Of a stretch of DNA of 64,000 nucleotides, positions 34,749-45,500 are shown piece after piece. Origin of the DNA: Eutreptiella sp. 'Long Island Sound 2002' (taxonomy: Eukaryota > Protista > Euglenida). Under the pieces are notes generated by a model that worked only from the letters and a program-made list of their open reading frames with translations, did no database searches and had not been told where the DNA came from. How positions within the stretch are numbered: position 1 is the stretch's first letter; every line of letters starts with the position of its first letter. Position numbers and translations under genes: made by a program. The stretch spans positions 39,122,001 to 39,186,000 of the forward strand of contig OZ038378.1 of the NCBI GenBank assembly GCA_964036045.1. The letters run 5' to 3'.

Positions 34749-37700
34749 GACAGGGCCCCGACCACCCCCCTGGGCTGGTACCGCCTACAAGAGGACTGGA
34801 CCAAGCTCACCGTCAAAGCCCTCCGGGACCTGACCACCCCAGGCAGCGGCCTCCACGAGACCATCGTTGACCTCCTGCTCTGGGGAGCCCGCAAACACAC
34901 CCGGGGCCAGCACATCTGGATCCCCCCCATCGAGTGGGGCCAGGCCCTGACGCACGACACCGGCATCAACGTCACGCGTCAAGGGACCGTACGCCTACGA
35001 CGGGCCCCAGAGGAGACGGACCACCCAGCGGACCCGAACCGCCCGGAGCAGTGGGAACAGGCCACCGCGCCCAACCGCGACACCGCCCTCCGCGCCGCCG
35101 GCCTCCGCACCCCAGACGACGACCTCCCCCCCCCACCTACAGACAGTGACCACCCCCCGCCGGAGCTCTGGGTTACAGTCCTCGAGCGCGGCCACTACTA
35201 CGTGATAGCCGCTACGGCTACGTCCCCCGGCCCGCAATGGCTCATCCAGGGGACAGACACCATGTTCGCCCCGGAGACCGCCCCACCAGGGGCAGTGGGG
35301 GACCCCACCACCCAGCACAGGGTCCTCAGGGGTGTCCTCCAGCCAGGGGACAAGCCCCCAGCCCGCGCCCTGGCCCAAATCACCTCAGGGAAGGCGGGCT
35401 ACCACCTGGGATTGGCCATGCTCTGCCTAACCCACTGGATCCAGCGCCGCTGGCCACCCACGGGGACCGTGCCCTGGGTTTGGGCCATCCCCACCGCCCA
35501 CACACAAGTCGAGGCAGGCCCGGACACACGACCAAACCCCCCCCCAGACCGCAGCAGTCCCTCACCTGCGGGTACCACGCCATCCACAGGGTCCTCAACC
35601 GCGCGGGTCTTAGCCCAAAGCTAGCATACCCCCTTTCCACCACTGACCAAGAGGTCCACCAGATACGAAAGCTCGTCTGCGAAATCCTTGCCGCGGCAGC
35701 AGAAGACGGCAAGCTTCTCCTCCAAACCGCCCGGCCTACAACTGCCCACGCAAGCGCGCGGCAAGCGGACACATACACCGACACAGCACACCCCGCCGCA
35801 CAATCCCCGCCCATGCCCCCCCCCTCTCGCTGCTCAACCGGAGACCCACACACGCCCACCATCGCGCGCACCCCCGGGCCCCGCGACACGGGCCTCCCCC
35901 ACCCGCCCGAACACCAGCACACGCCCGCCACACACCCATCCGCCGGACACCCTTCACCGCCCTCCACACTCGACAACCCACACACACCCGCCGAGGGGAG
36001 CCCCGCGCCCCGCGGCACGCCCACCCCACCCAGTGGCCCGCCCACGCCCCCCACACACACCCCAGAGGACCCAGGCCCACCCCCCCCGGCCCCTGAACGC
36101 AGCCCAAGCGACTTGTTCCCCCCCGCGGACGCCAACCCTCACGACCTCGCACATTGCAGGACCCGGGCCCAGCCGAGCCCAGAGCGAGAAGGCCACAGCC
36201 CCGCGCCTCCCTCCCCCGCCGCTGCAGACCAGATCGGCCCGCCGGGCCGCCAGGTCACGACCGCCCCCCCCCAGCCGCCCGCCCCCAACCTACAGCCCGA
36301 GGACATGCCCTCCATCCTCCCCGCCGTGGCCGCAGCAGAAGCCGCCGCCCACGAGCCCGCCCGCATCACAGCCCAACCCGCGTCCACCACCTCCTCCTCA
36401 TCCTCAGCCTCGTCCACCTACTCCATCTCATCCTCCGACCCCCCCCTCCCCGCCGCCCTCATCCTCAAGGCCACGGCGAAAGACAAAGCCGCAGCCGCAC
36501 GCACCGACCCCCCAACCCCCACACAGGCGACTCAGGCACCCCGGCAACGCACCGGGACGACCCCCGACCCGACAGCGGCGCCCTCACACCTCCAAACAGA
36601 GGTACTCCTCAACCTGGAACCGGACCCCAACCCCAAACCCGACCCCAAACCCAAGCCGGCGCCCACGCGAGCACACACAACACCACAGACGCAACAACAC
36701 AAACCCACCCGACACCACCCCCGCCCGGACCCTCGCCCAAACCAGGACCCCCCACCCACCGCAACCCGCGCCCCCCTCCCGCCGGCACCCACCACCACCG
36801 CAGAGACAGCCACCCAGCACGACCCCGTCCAAGCCCTCGTCCGCATCCCCGTCACCAAGCGCCCCGTCATCCATCCCCCACAAACCAACACAACCGCCGG
36901 CCAAACCGACCCAGGGGCGTGGGACCCCTCGACCACCGTCACCGTCAAGCCCGGCCCCCAACCCGCCCCCCCTGCCCACCACATAGTGCAGCCCCGGGGA
37001 CTGCCCACGATGGCCAACCCCCCACCCCCACAAGGGGGACCGGAAAACCCACAAGGGGTCCATGGGCCATACCCGCAACACCAACCCCACCACTACCCAC
37101 ACCACCACCACCAGCGGCCCCACCACCACCACTACCAACACCACCCCCACCACTACCCCTGCCCAGCGCCCTACCCCACCGGGCCACAACCCCCCATGTA
37201 CGAACAGCACCAGCGGACGGGATGGCAGCCACCGAACGCTCCACCCGCATACCCCACCTACCGCCAGCGGCCACCCCCCCCGTACCAGCCACCACCCCTG
37301 TACCAGGAACCGTATCCATACCCCCCCAGCCACCACGTGCACGCCGAACAGGCCCCCCGGGCCCAACCCCGCCAAGGACAGCCACTCGACCCATACCACC
37401 AGCCGCTACCGCCACCACACCCCTACGTGGCGGATCCATGGACGACGGGGGACCTCCCCCCCCCCCAGTACCAGGCGGCACCGCGCGAGGCCCCCCAGGG
37501 GCCGCCGACGCCTCCTGACTGGCCCGACTCGAGCGATCAGGCCCGGTCCCGCAAACGGCGGCGCTCCCGCCCCCCCCCCGCACGGCACACTGGCCCACGG
37601 CGCCCACACTCCCACCGCGCCTCAACCACCCACTCGCGCCGCTTATGCTCCCCCAGGTGCCACCACGACCCCCCGGGACCCCGCTCCCGTCGCTCCCGCT

Positions 37701-38569
37701 CCCCCGGGCACCACCACGAGCGCCACCGCCGCCCCATGTCCGCCTGCCCCTCCCCCCACCGGCCAAACAAGACCCCCACCCCCAGCCCCCGCCACCACCA
37801 CTCCTGCTCCCCCCGACGCAGCCACGCACGCCACTGCCGCCCCACGTCCACCTCCCCCTCCCCCCACACGCCCCGCCGGGCTCCCCGTTCCCCCCGCCAC
37901 CCGTACCCATCCACCACCCCCAGCCCCCGCCAGCACCACTCTCGCTCCCCCGGACGCCACCGAGCACGCCACCGCCGCCCCATGTCCACCTCCCCCTCCC
38001 GCTCCCCCCTCCGCCCGTACCCGTCCTCCACCCCCAGCCCCCGCCGCCGCCGCTCCTGCTCCCCCAGGCACCGCCACCCCCGCCACCACCGCAGGTCCAC
38101 GTCCTCCCCCCGCCGCACCATGACCACAGGCACGGACCCCTCCCCCCCCTGGGCCCCCGCCCACCTCGCCTGGTGGTCTCCCCCCGCTCTGCAGGAGCTC
38201 CGCCGCTGGGTGAAGTGGGCCGGAGGAGCGGGAAGGCACTTAGGGGTGCACATGGTGCATACCTTCGAGGAGGTTCGAACCCGCACCCCCGCAAACCCCA
38301 ACGAGGCCGCCCCGGAGGCCATCATGCCGCAAGCGGCATGGGAGGCCCTCCTCCGCGATGCGGTCCAGGGCCTCCGCCCCCCCTACACCCCCCAAGCCCT
38401 CCGCCAGTGGCTCCAGGCCACCCACCCCCAGGCCTGGGCCGCCGGCGCCCCCTCCCCACCCCGCCCCTCCCGCCACCACCACACCAGGGAGCAGCACGAC
38501 AAGGGCAGGGGAAGGGCAAGGGGCACCAAGGAGCACTCAGGCAAGAGGGCACGGAAGGGCCCGAAGTGA
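34749..38569 (+). pseudogene. Ulp1/C48 (clan CE)-like cysteine protease domain followed by a long Pro/His-rich region; frameshift at the C9 run ~35537-35545
   Basis: Frame 34728-35624: LHETIVDLLLW, HIWIPPIEW, LWVTVLERGHYYVI (His) and IQGTDTM (Asp). Frame 35237-38569: PQQSLTCGYHAIH (Gln, Cys). The H-D-Q-C order matches clan CE. Confidence 0.6.
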
Positions 38570-40904
38570 GGGCAGGCACTCGCAGGGACAGGACGCCGGA
38601 AGCGACACCACATGCAGGCAGGAAACCACCCAAGAACCAGGAAGGGGCGGGAGCGGGGACCAAGACACGGAGGAAAAGGGCACCACGGCAGGCACCACGA
38701 CCCACACCCAGTAAGGGCACACCACGACGGGGGGACCAGCGCCGCCCCAGCCCCACCAAACACCCCAACACACACCACCGAAGCAAACATCGGACGCCAT
38801 GCAGATCACACCAGCGCACGCCCATCGGCCACCGGAAACCACACGGAGAATGGAGGGCACACCTACACGGGGAGAACGGGCCACACCCACAGAGGAAGCC
38901 GCAGTGAACGCCGCCGCACGGCGCACCACCACGCCCTCACCACCAGGCGACGACCCCGGCCACCACAAGGGCCACCTCACAGGCACCGGAAGAGGACGAA
39001 GGCACGGCCGCGGCACCCACGACTAGGGACCGAAACCCCCAGAGGACACGGGACCAAGGCACAGGCCCCCAGGGAGGGCAATTCCACGGACCGTCACGCG
39101 AACGACCTACCGACCCACCAGCCCGAGCGGCACGCCCAAGCCCCCACAGCACGGACCCAGCGAGCCACCCACACCTAACCGCACCCCCCAGCCACCAGCC
39201 AGCCACACTCCGGCCCGCACTCCGCACCACGACACAGGCCAGGCTGACCTCCACTGACCCACCGCGGCACCCAGCGAGACCACGGCACACCGCACCACAG
39301 CGCGCCACAGTGCAACGCGCCACAGCACGACGCGACGCAACGCGGCACAGAGCGGCACAGCACGACACAACTGACCCTAACCTGAGGGACTAACCGAAGC
39401 CAGCCACCGCACACCCTGGAAGGCGCCGCGCCAGCACGCCACACACCAGCACCGCAGGCGACGCACGGGGCCACAGCGCGCCTGGCGACAACGGTGGCGG
39501 ACCACCCAGAAGATTACAGCCGGCACCGCAGAGGGGAAAGGACAGGAACAACCCCAGCCCCCTAACCCAAAACCACAAGCACCCGCCTGGCGCAGCTGCC
39601 CAGCGGGCAGAGCCAGGACCAATCCCGGCAAGAAGGGGCGCCGAGCCCACCGTGTACATAGCCCACTCGACCCATGAGGCCGGAACACGGCCACACAGAA
39701 CGCAACTGAAGACAGCAGCCCGGAAGACAACACTGAATGCAGGCCAGTGCGTGCGCCAGCCCAGGGAAGGCAGAGGGAGGAACAGGCAAGCCCCCCCCCC
39801 CCAAAAAAAAAGGAGGGGGGAGGGGGAAAAGGCACGAAAACAGCCCACAGCCGCCAAACTGCCCGCCAACACCACCACAGGCGGCCAAACCCCCCCCCAG
39901 AAGGCACCGAAGACAGGACCCCCACAGAGGCACAGGGGGACCACCCACCCAAAACCGGCAACACCAAGCCAGTAACAGCGGCCCACGGGGAAAAGGGACA
40001 CCGAAACGAAAAAAAAAAAAAGAGAGCCACCAGCCCAGCCCGAAAGAAAGGGGATGGAGGGACAGGGACCACAAAGCCCGGAAAAAAAAAAAAGAAAAAA
40101 CAAAAACGCAAAAAACACACCCCGACAACCCAGCCAAGAAGGGCTGGGCACAGCCGAGACCCGGGCCCAACACACACGCCCACACCGCACGCCGGAACCA
40201 GGAACGGCGGGGGGCAAGCGGGGCGCCCACGAAACCACACACGTCCCAAAAGCAGGCCGAAACCGAAGCCCAACCACGAACACCACAAACAGCCGACACT
40301 AGACGGACAACACCACAAACCGTGCCCAAACACACCCACCCAAGACCCCAGCCAGGACTGGGGGGGTTAACAAAACCCACACCCAACCGCCAACCGGACC
40401 CAAACATAAACGCCGCACAAAAGTAGGAAACCCAGTGCCCACAGCCCGGGCACTGAGGCAGTCCGTGCCATGCAGGTGACCCGGCCAAACGAGATCTGGA
40501 GACCGGGGGTAAGGCTGCATCCTAAGGCCTGCGCTGCTTTGGGACTCGAGGCGGAGCATGCGACACCCAAGCGCCTCGGAACCCTAGTACCAAGAACGTG
40601 CATGCATGCCTTGGGGAAGGGATACGCCAGGAAGTCCGGTGAACCCCTAGGGTTCCGCCCAAAGGAGGGGACGTGCGCAAGCACGGTGGCACACCCTCCC
40701 GGCGAGACAAGCATGTCACGCTGGCGGCGATCAGCCCTCCCGGCGTTGCCCGGGGCCGCTTTGTTGGGGGCCAACAGACAGGTCTAGCGGGAAGTAAGCC
40801 GCCTCCCCTCTTCACGCGCGGAGCCTCTTCCTGTTCGTCACAGGGGCGACGCCAGGGGGAACCATGGGGCGCCTCTCCACGACCGAGTGCACCTACCTAC
40901 CTAC
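34749..40904 (+). mobile_element. GC-rich, apparently 5'-truncated retroelement-like insertion ending in (ACCT)n; no RT or transposase detected
   Basis: Composition shifts abruptly to C-rich. It starts mid-ORF and ends ACCTACCTACCTACCT at 40891-40906. It lies between the two copies of the 1.88-kb duplication. Confidence 0.7.
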
Positions 40905-41752
40905 CTCTGGAATATTCGGAAACTGTCACATGCAGATCGCGTTCCAATCCTCAGATCCCAAATTGTCGATGCATCCGTAGGTTTGACGAAGTACCAATCG
41001 AATTGTGACGGTAAGGGAACAAATGCAAACACAAATTGCGCTTTCCAATCCATATTTGCCCCAAATGCAACAACATTCAAAGTGGATTGTCTTTGTCGTA
41101 CAACTGCAGTCCAGTTACAACCCTCATCACTCACATCGTCATTGATGGCCTTTGCAATGTCAACCATACGCGGCACATGTACAGGTATTTCATGGACATT
41201 CTGAACAAAAGACACATTGCTCATCACCACATCCAATACAAAACCGACTGATTTTGAATTGATTGATGTATGATTCTGAGCGCCTGGACACAACGTGAGA
41301 CCATTGTTCATGTATCTATGTAGCAAATAAGGTATTATTGTGCAAAGCATTGTGGCCTGACAGCAACCGGTGACATGAATTGTATTGCGACTGGATATCT
41401 TGAAGTGTGGTATCTTTCCGTTGTATGCAACGTCCATATTGAGCATACTGCGGAACCATCGTTGTTTTTTGAGACGCTTTAACAGAAAGCCCCTTGTTTG
41501 GTTGTGATACTGCATCATCACCACCGTGGGTACTTGTGGGTCTGCAACATCGATATCTGTCACACATATACTATCACTGAGGCGTTGTAAGTCCACATTT
41601 ATGTTTACGAGATATACCACCCACGTACGTGTGTAAATTGTGTTCTGTCCGGTGGCCATGTTGACCATGGAACCCAGCAGCGGATGAACTTCAATGTCGC
41701 CATTGTACACCTGTACATCTGGCGACACCATAATACACAAACACCTGGACAT
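40905..41752 (-). pseudogene. TBP-like factor (copy 2), lacking the C-terminal ~42 aa
   Basis: Nearly identical to copy 1 up to FRIFQ, then runs into the insertion tail and stops. Confidence 0.75.
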
Positions 41753-41760
41753 ACAAACAA

Positions 41761-42351
41761 TCAGGCGGCAGGAGGAATCAGGATGTCATCATCAAAATAG
41801 TTGCTTGCAACACCCCCCTTAGCATCCCATTTACCATACCCACTGACCGTACCCAATGTGCCTGCATGCAAGTCCAGTGTGTAATTGGAGCGCATTGGTC
41901 TCATAATGTTCCAATTATTCTGATGCAGTGGTCTGACGTCCCCACGCAAATGGTCCGAGAACTGTGTTCGCCATGAACGTGTGCGCTGTGAGCAAAAGGG
42001 TCGCCTGGATATGCGATCTAAAGGTTTGCGCCGCTGTGCATCGCTGTAAACACCGGTTACCAAGCTATGTTGTGGTAACTTGCGCTTAGCCTTGCTGAAT
42101 CTTTCGTCAGGGGTTTCAACATCACGCAGTCCGTCATGATCACCAAATGTCACATCACGACTAACATTCAAAAACTTCAAAATGGAACCATCAGATGGTA
42201 TTGGTATTGTATCATTGGGTGCAACGTGGGGGGAATAAGTTTGTTGAACATTGTCAGTTGTTGATTTTTTGCATTGCGCAAACCAAAAGAGGAGGAGGAG
42301 GATAAGCACAACAATCAAGATCGCAGCAAAGATCCACCCAGTACGACTCAT
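41761..42351 (-). CDS. Viral single-pass membrane protein (copy 2)
   Basis: 196 aa, two substitutions relative to copy 1. Confidence 0.7.
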   Translation of the reverse strand: MSRTGWIFAAILIVVLILLLLFWFAQCKKSTTDNVQQTYSPHVAPNDTIPIPSDGSILKFLNVSRDVTFGDHDGLRDVETPDERFSKAKRKLPQHSLVTGVYSDAQRRKPLDRISRRPFCSQRTRSWRTQFSDHLRGDVRPLHQNNWNIMRPMRSNYTLDLHAGTLGTVSGYGKWDAKGGVASNYFDDDILIPPAA

Positions 42352-42375
42352 CGTTGTGTATTTTTACATTACACA

Positions 42376-42789
42376 CTATACATCCTGCAATAAATCCGAC
42401 TTCAATATGACATTATAAGTAGATGGTTGAACAAGAAAGAGTGAATCATTGTCCGCAATTTGTGCCTTGCTGTTCTTAGCATGTTTGCAAAGCGTGACAT
42501 TTGTACAACCCAAAGAATATGCCTGCTGCAGCGCCCGCTTCATGTACCCCCCCTCAGTGGCAGTATGAAGCGCCAACATATGATACCCATGAAAACTACG
42601 GGTGGCAATGGGATTTATGTCCCTGCTGACCAGTACAGGGAGTCCAATTAGTTTGTGTCTTGCAGTTGCGAATGACATGTGCACTTTTTTACCTTCTTCA
42701 GTGTCACTCAAAATAATTCCCACTTTTTTTTCGTTGTCATACCTGATTCCGTCGTAAGGCATGATTCTGTCATGCAAACAATCCCACAC
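42376..42789 (-). CDS. Viral hypothetical protein (137 aa)
   Basis: Complete version of the ORF truncated at 34748. Confidence 0.55.
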   Translation of the reverse strand: MWDCLHDRIMPYDGIRYDNEKKVGIILSDTEEGKKVHMSFATARHKLIGLPVLVSRDINPIATRSFHGYHMLALHTATEGGYMKRALQQAYSLGCTNVTLCKHAKNSKAQIADNDSLFLVQPSTYNVILKSDLLQDV

Positions 42790-42849
42790 ACATTGTCCGG
42801 TACCTATGGCACCATTGCGGAGTAGAATTGAATCATTCCTTCCGGATTC

Positions 42850-44100
42850 TCAATCCCAACCCCAATTCAGATCTGTTGCAACATTGCGGTCATCTGTATA
42901 TAGGATGTATGCAGTTGACAGACTTGATGCCCACTTCAAGATCTCCCTGGGGTGCCTGAATGCCATGACTTCCGGCCTTATTCGCATTGCGTTGGGCGAC
43001 AAAAATGCCAACGGCCCAAGGTTATGTAGGGTTTGCAGTTTGGTGGCGAAATCCACTAAGATGTCCCATACAGTACCACTGGTTCGCACCTGATCACCAG
43101 CAATCTGTGTGTACTTGGAGTGATGCACCCTCTGCCACAAAAGGTCCACCAGTGCAGAGGCCGAAAGGCTTTCACAGTTGTCCACGGCCAGATACTCGCA
43201 TTTATAACCGTCAGCATCTGTCAGGTCGTTGTCTGTACAGACACGCACACTATGACACAGCAGATGGCTTTTTCCTGAGCCACGTGCACCACATATGACC
43301 TGTAAACATTCCCTTCTTGTCCTCCACTGTTGTAATAGTTTAAGTAGCTTTTGAATATTTCGTACCGTTGTGTCTGATGTCAGTAGCCATTGCCCACACA
43401 TGTATCGTGCATATGCTTGTTGAAGCGGATGTATGTATGTGGTGGTGACACCAAATAGTGAGCACATTATCTCATGAATACAATTGACCCGTACAATACC
43501 CGATGATATTCGCAATAGTGAGTCCCACAACAGAGTTCGCCATCGACCAGGCAACAGTTTGCCCTGTGCAATGGCCACGTGTTCTGCTTGACACAACGCT
43601 GTGCATATATCATCCAGCCCATCCCGCCCAGCTGTCAGATCCAAACTAGGGAACGGTGAATCGTGTAACATGATCGGATTCGTCCCGTGGGGGGGCGTCA
43701 GAGACAATAGGCCATGCTCCCTCAACATCCGGATAAATCTACGTAAAAATCGGCGGACAGGACCATGGGTACCATACATGTATCTAGTCAGGTACACGGG
43801 CATGTGCTGACCATAGAGGAAGGTGACACGCTGGTGATCTGTTGCATATTCGCGCAACCAGTTTTTATACAGGCTGCTGACTGATAACACTGCATCATCA
43901 TAGGATATACGACCTGCCTCTGCAGCCAGTTTGACAGCCGGTACGGCAAGAAGCCACCATATCAATATATTCGGGGGATGAATCACAATGAATCCTTCAG
44001 GTAAATAGTCAGCAATTTGTACCATCCTGAATATCTCTGGGTTCCAGATACTACAGCGGAACAGATAGTACTGCTGGGCCATGGGTATAGCTATACCCAT
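42850..44100 (-). CDS. P-loop NTPase, possibly a degenerate D5-like superfamily 3 helicase
   Basis: Walker A ICGARGSGKS and Walker B-like YLAVDN lie near the C-terminus; no primase motifs were recognised. Confidence 0.45.
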   Translation of the reverse strand: MGIAIPMAQQYYLFRCSIWNPEIFRMVQIADYLPEGFIVIHPPNILIWWLLAVPAVKLAAEAGRISYDDAVLSVSSLYKNWLREYATDHQRVTFLYGQHMPVYLTRYMYGTHGPVRRFLRRFIRMLREHGLLSLTPPHGTNPIMLHDSPFPSLDLTAGRDGLDDICTALCQAEHVAIAQGKLLPGRWRTLLWDSLLRISSGIVRVNCIHEIMCSLFGVTTTYIHPLQQAYARYMCGQWLLTSDTTVRNIQKLLKLLQQWRTRRECLQVICGARGSGKSHLLCHSVRVCTDNDLTDADGYKCEYLAVDNCESLSASALVDLLWQRVHHSKYTQIAGDQVRTSGTVWDILVDFATKLQTLHNLGPLAFLSPNAMRIRPEVMAFRHPREILKWASSLSTAYILYTDDRNVATDLNWGWD

Positions 44101-44321
44101 CAGAAATCGCTGTCTGAATTTGAGTCGTCGTACTCCGTTGAAACCGTTGAAACTGATCCGTCAGAACGATTGTCCGCACAGCGGAACGTGTGCTGTATAA
44201 TGGCTGTGTATGTTGCAAATGTGTTCAACATGGCAACATGGGGGTACAACGTATGTGCAGCCGTATGCATCTCATACTCAAATTGCTGTGCTAATTGTGA
44301 CCAACTTGTAATCTGGTCCAT
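44100..44321 (-). CDS. Small hypothetical protein with an acidic tail
   Basis: 73-aa ORF abutting the NTPase start. Confidence 0.35.
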   Translation of the reverse strand: MDQITSWSQLAQQFEYEMHTAAHTLYPHVAMLNTFATYTAIIQHTFRCADNRSDGSVSTVSTEYDDSNSDSDF

Positions 44322-44434
44322 TCTAATTTAGCCAGCAAAGCTCCCAAAACACACACACAGACCAGCTGAATATTCCGCACAGTGTGAAAAACCTCAGCCA
44401 GTAAATCTCGTAGAATCATCAATTACTTATTACA

Positions 44435-44782
44435 TTACGCAGCTATACATAGTTTTAAAGCACATACTACCTCAGCCTCCTGAAACAAAGTCGTAACATT
44501 ACTGCACCACATTGCGATTTTGTCAGGGTGCAAATTATGCATCAATCCCTGTAGTATGCTTTGCACTGCTGTTGTGTTGTCCAAATTTGTAGTGGCCAGA
44601 AAAACGATGAGACCATCGGATACGGAAAATTGATTTACCCAGGTGTGGTCTGCAAAACCACAGGGCGGATAGTCCAGATGGATTAAATGCAAATCATGAA
44701 ATGGTATATGGTCCGGTTTGATTGGTGCCCATTCGAATCTGCCCCACCACAGCCCGGCACGCAGAAAATGCCTTTGTGTCAT
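44435..44782 (-). CDS. Hypothetical protein
   Basis: 115-aa ORF abutting the RING ORF, on the same strand. Confidence 0.4.
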   Translation of the reverse strand: MTQRHFLRAGLWWGRFEWAPIKPDHIPFHDLHLIHLDYPPCGFADHTWVNQFSVSDGLIVFLATTNLDNTTAVQSILQGLMHNLHPDKIAMWCSNVTTLFQEAEVVCALKLCIAA

Positions 44783-44783
44783 T

Positions 44784-45500
44784 TTAGCATTGTACGTGAC
44801 GTGAAACTGACAATTGATCGTTTATTGTTTTCTGCAGGAGATAATCCATGTCAGTGTTGTCCGCCATTTGCTCACGCACTGTCTGTTGTACCATCAATTT
44901 GAGTTGAATGGAACGAACGATAGCATGGATGCACACGTTGTAGCACAGGCTGTCAGTCAAGCGAACACGCACCGCCCTGGCAAATCTCTGCAAAAAAATT
45001 TGATCACTACACGGACCGCATGTTTGCAGGTCCTGTATGGCACACAGTGTTTGATGACATCGTTGTAGATGCCTAACTGTTGGTTGCTTACCCATAATTG
45101 CATGCAAATCCTCTTTCTGTATTGGCGTGCGGCATAACGGACATAGTACCCCAGTGGGCAATCGTACTAGTTGCAAAACACATTCCAAATGGAATGTGTG
45201 TTGGCACTGTGGTAACACAACCACGTCAGCAGTATTCAAAGGTTCGAGACAACACGAACAGCATGTTTCGTCATTCGTGCATTGCCACTTACGTTTATGT
45301 CGTTTACGCCGTCTGTGTGGTATCAGGTGTGATAATTGTACTGTGTTGTGTGTATTGGCATGCACTGGTGAAGAAGCATCGCTGTTGATTACAATGTCCA
45401 ATGAAGTGCCACCGCCATTGGTCATCATGACTGTCAAAATTGTGAATGCCATATCTGCATCAAACAGATCCATCACTTCCATATTTCTACTTATATACAC
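44784..45500 (-). CDS. RING-H2 finger protein (putative E3 ubiquitin ligase)
   Basis: CSCCLEP..LPQCQHTFHLECV..CPLCR. Confidence 0.85.
   Translation of the reverse strand: MYISRNMEVMDLFDADMAFTILTVMMTNGGGTSLDIVINSDASSPVHANTHNTVQLSHLIPHRRRKRHKRKWQCTNDETCCSCCLEPLNTADVVVLPQCQHTFHLECVLQLVRLPTGVLCPLCRTPIQKEDLHAIMGKQPTVRHLQRCHQTLCAIQDLQTCGPCSDQIFLQRFARAVRVRLTDSLCYNVCIHAIVRSIQLKLMVQQTVREQMADNTDMDYLLQKTINDQLSVSRHVQC

Larger units (their letters stand above)
40905..42781. repeat. Right copy of the ~1.88-kb direct duplication
   Basis: Near-identical to 32871-34748 and continuous with viral DNA to the right. Confidence 0.97.

Noticed and set aside
35380-40560. Numerous Gly/Val/Arg-rich ORFs on the minus strand and alternative plus frames
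   Set aside because: They are shadow ORFs of C-rich low-complexity DNA; only the Ulp1-bearing frames show motifs.
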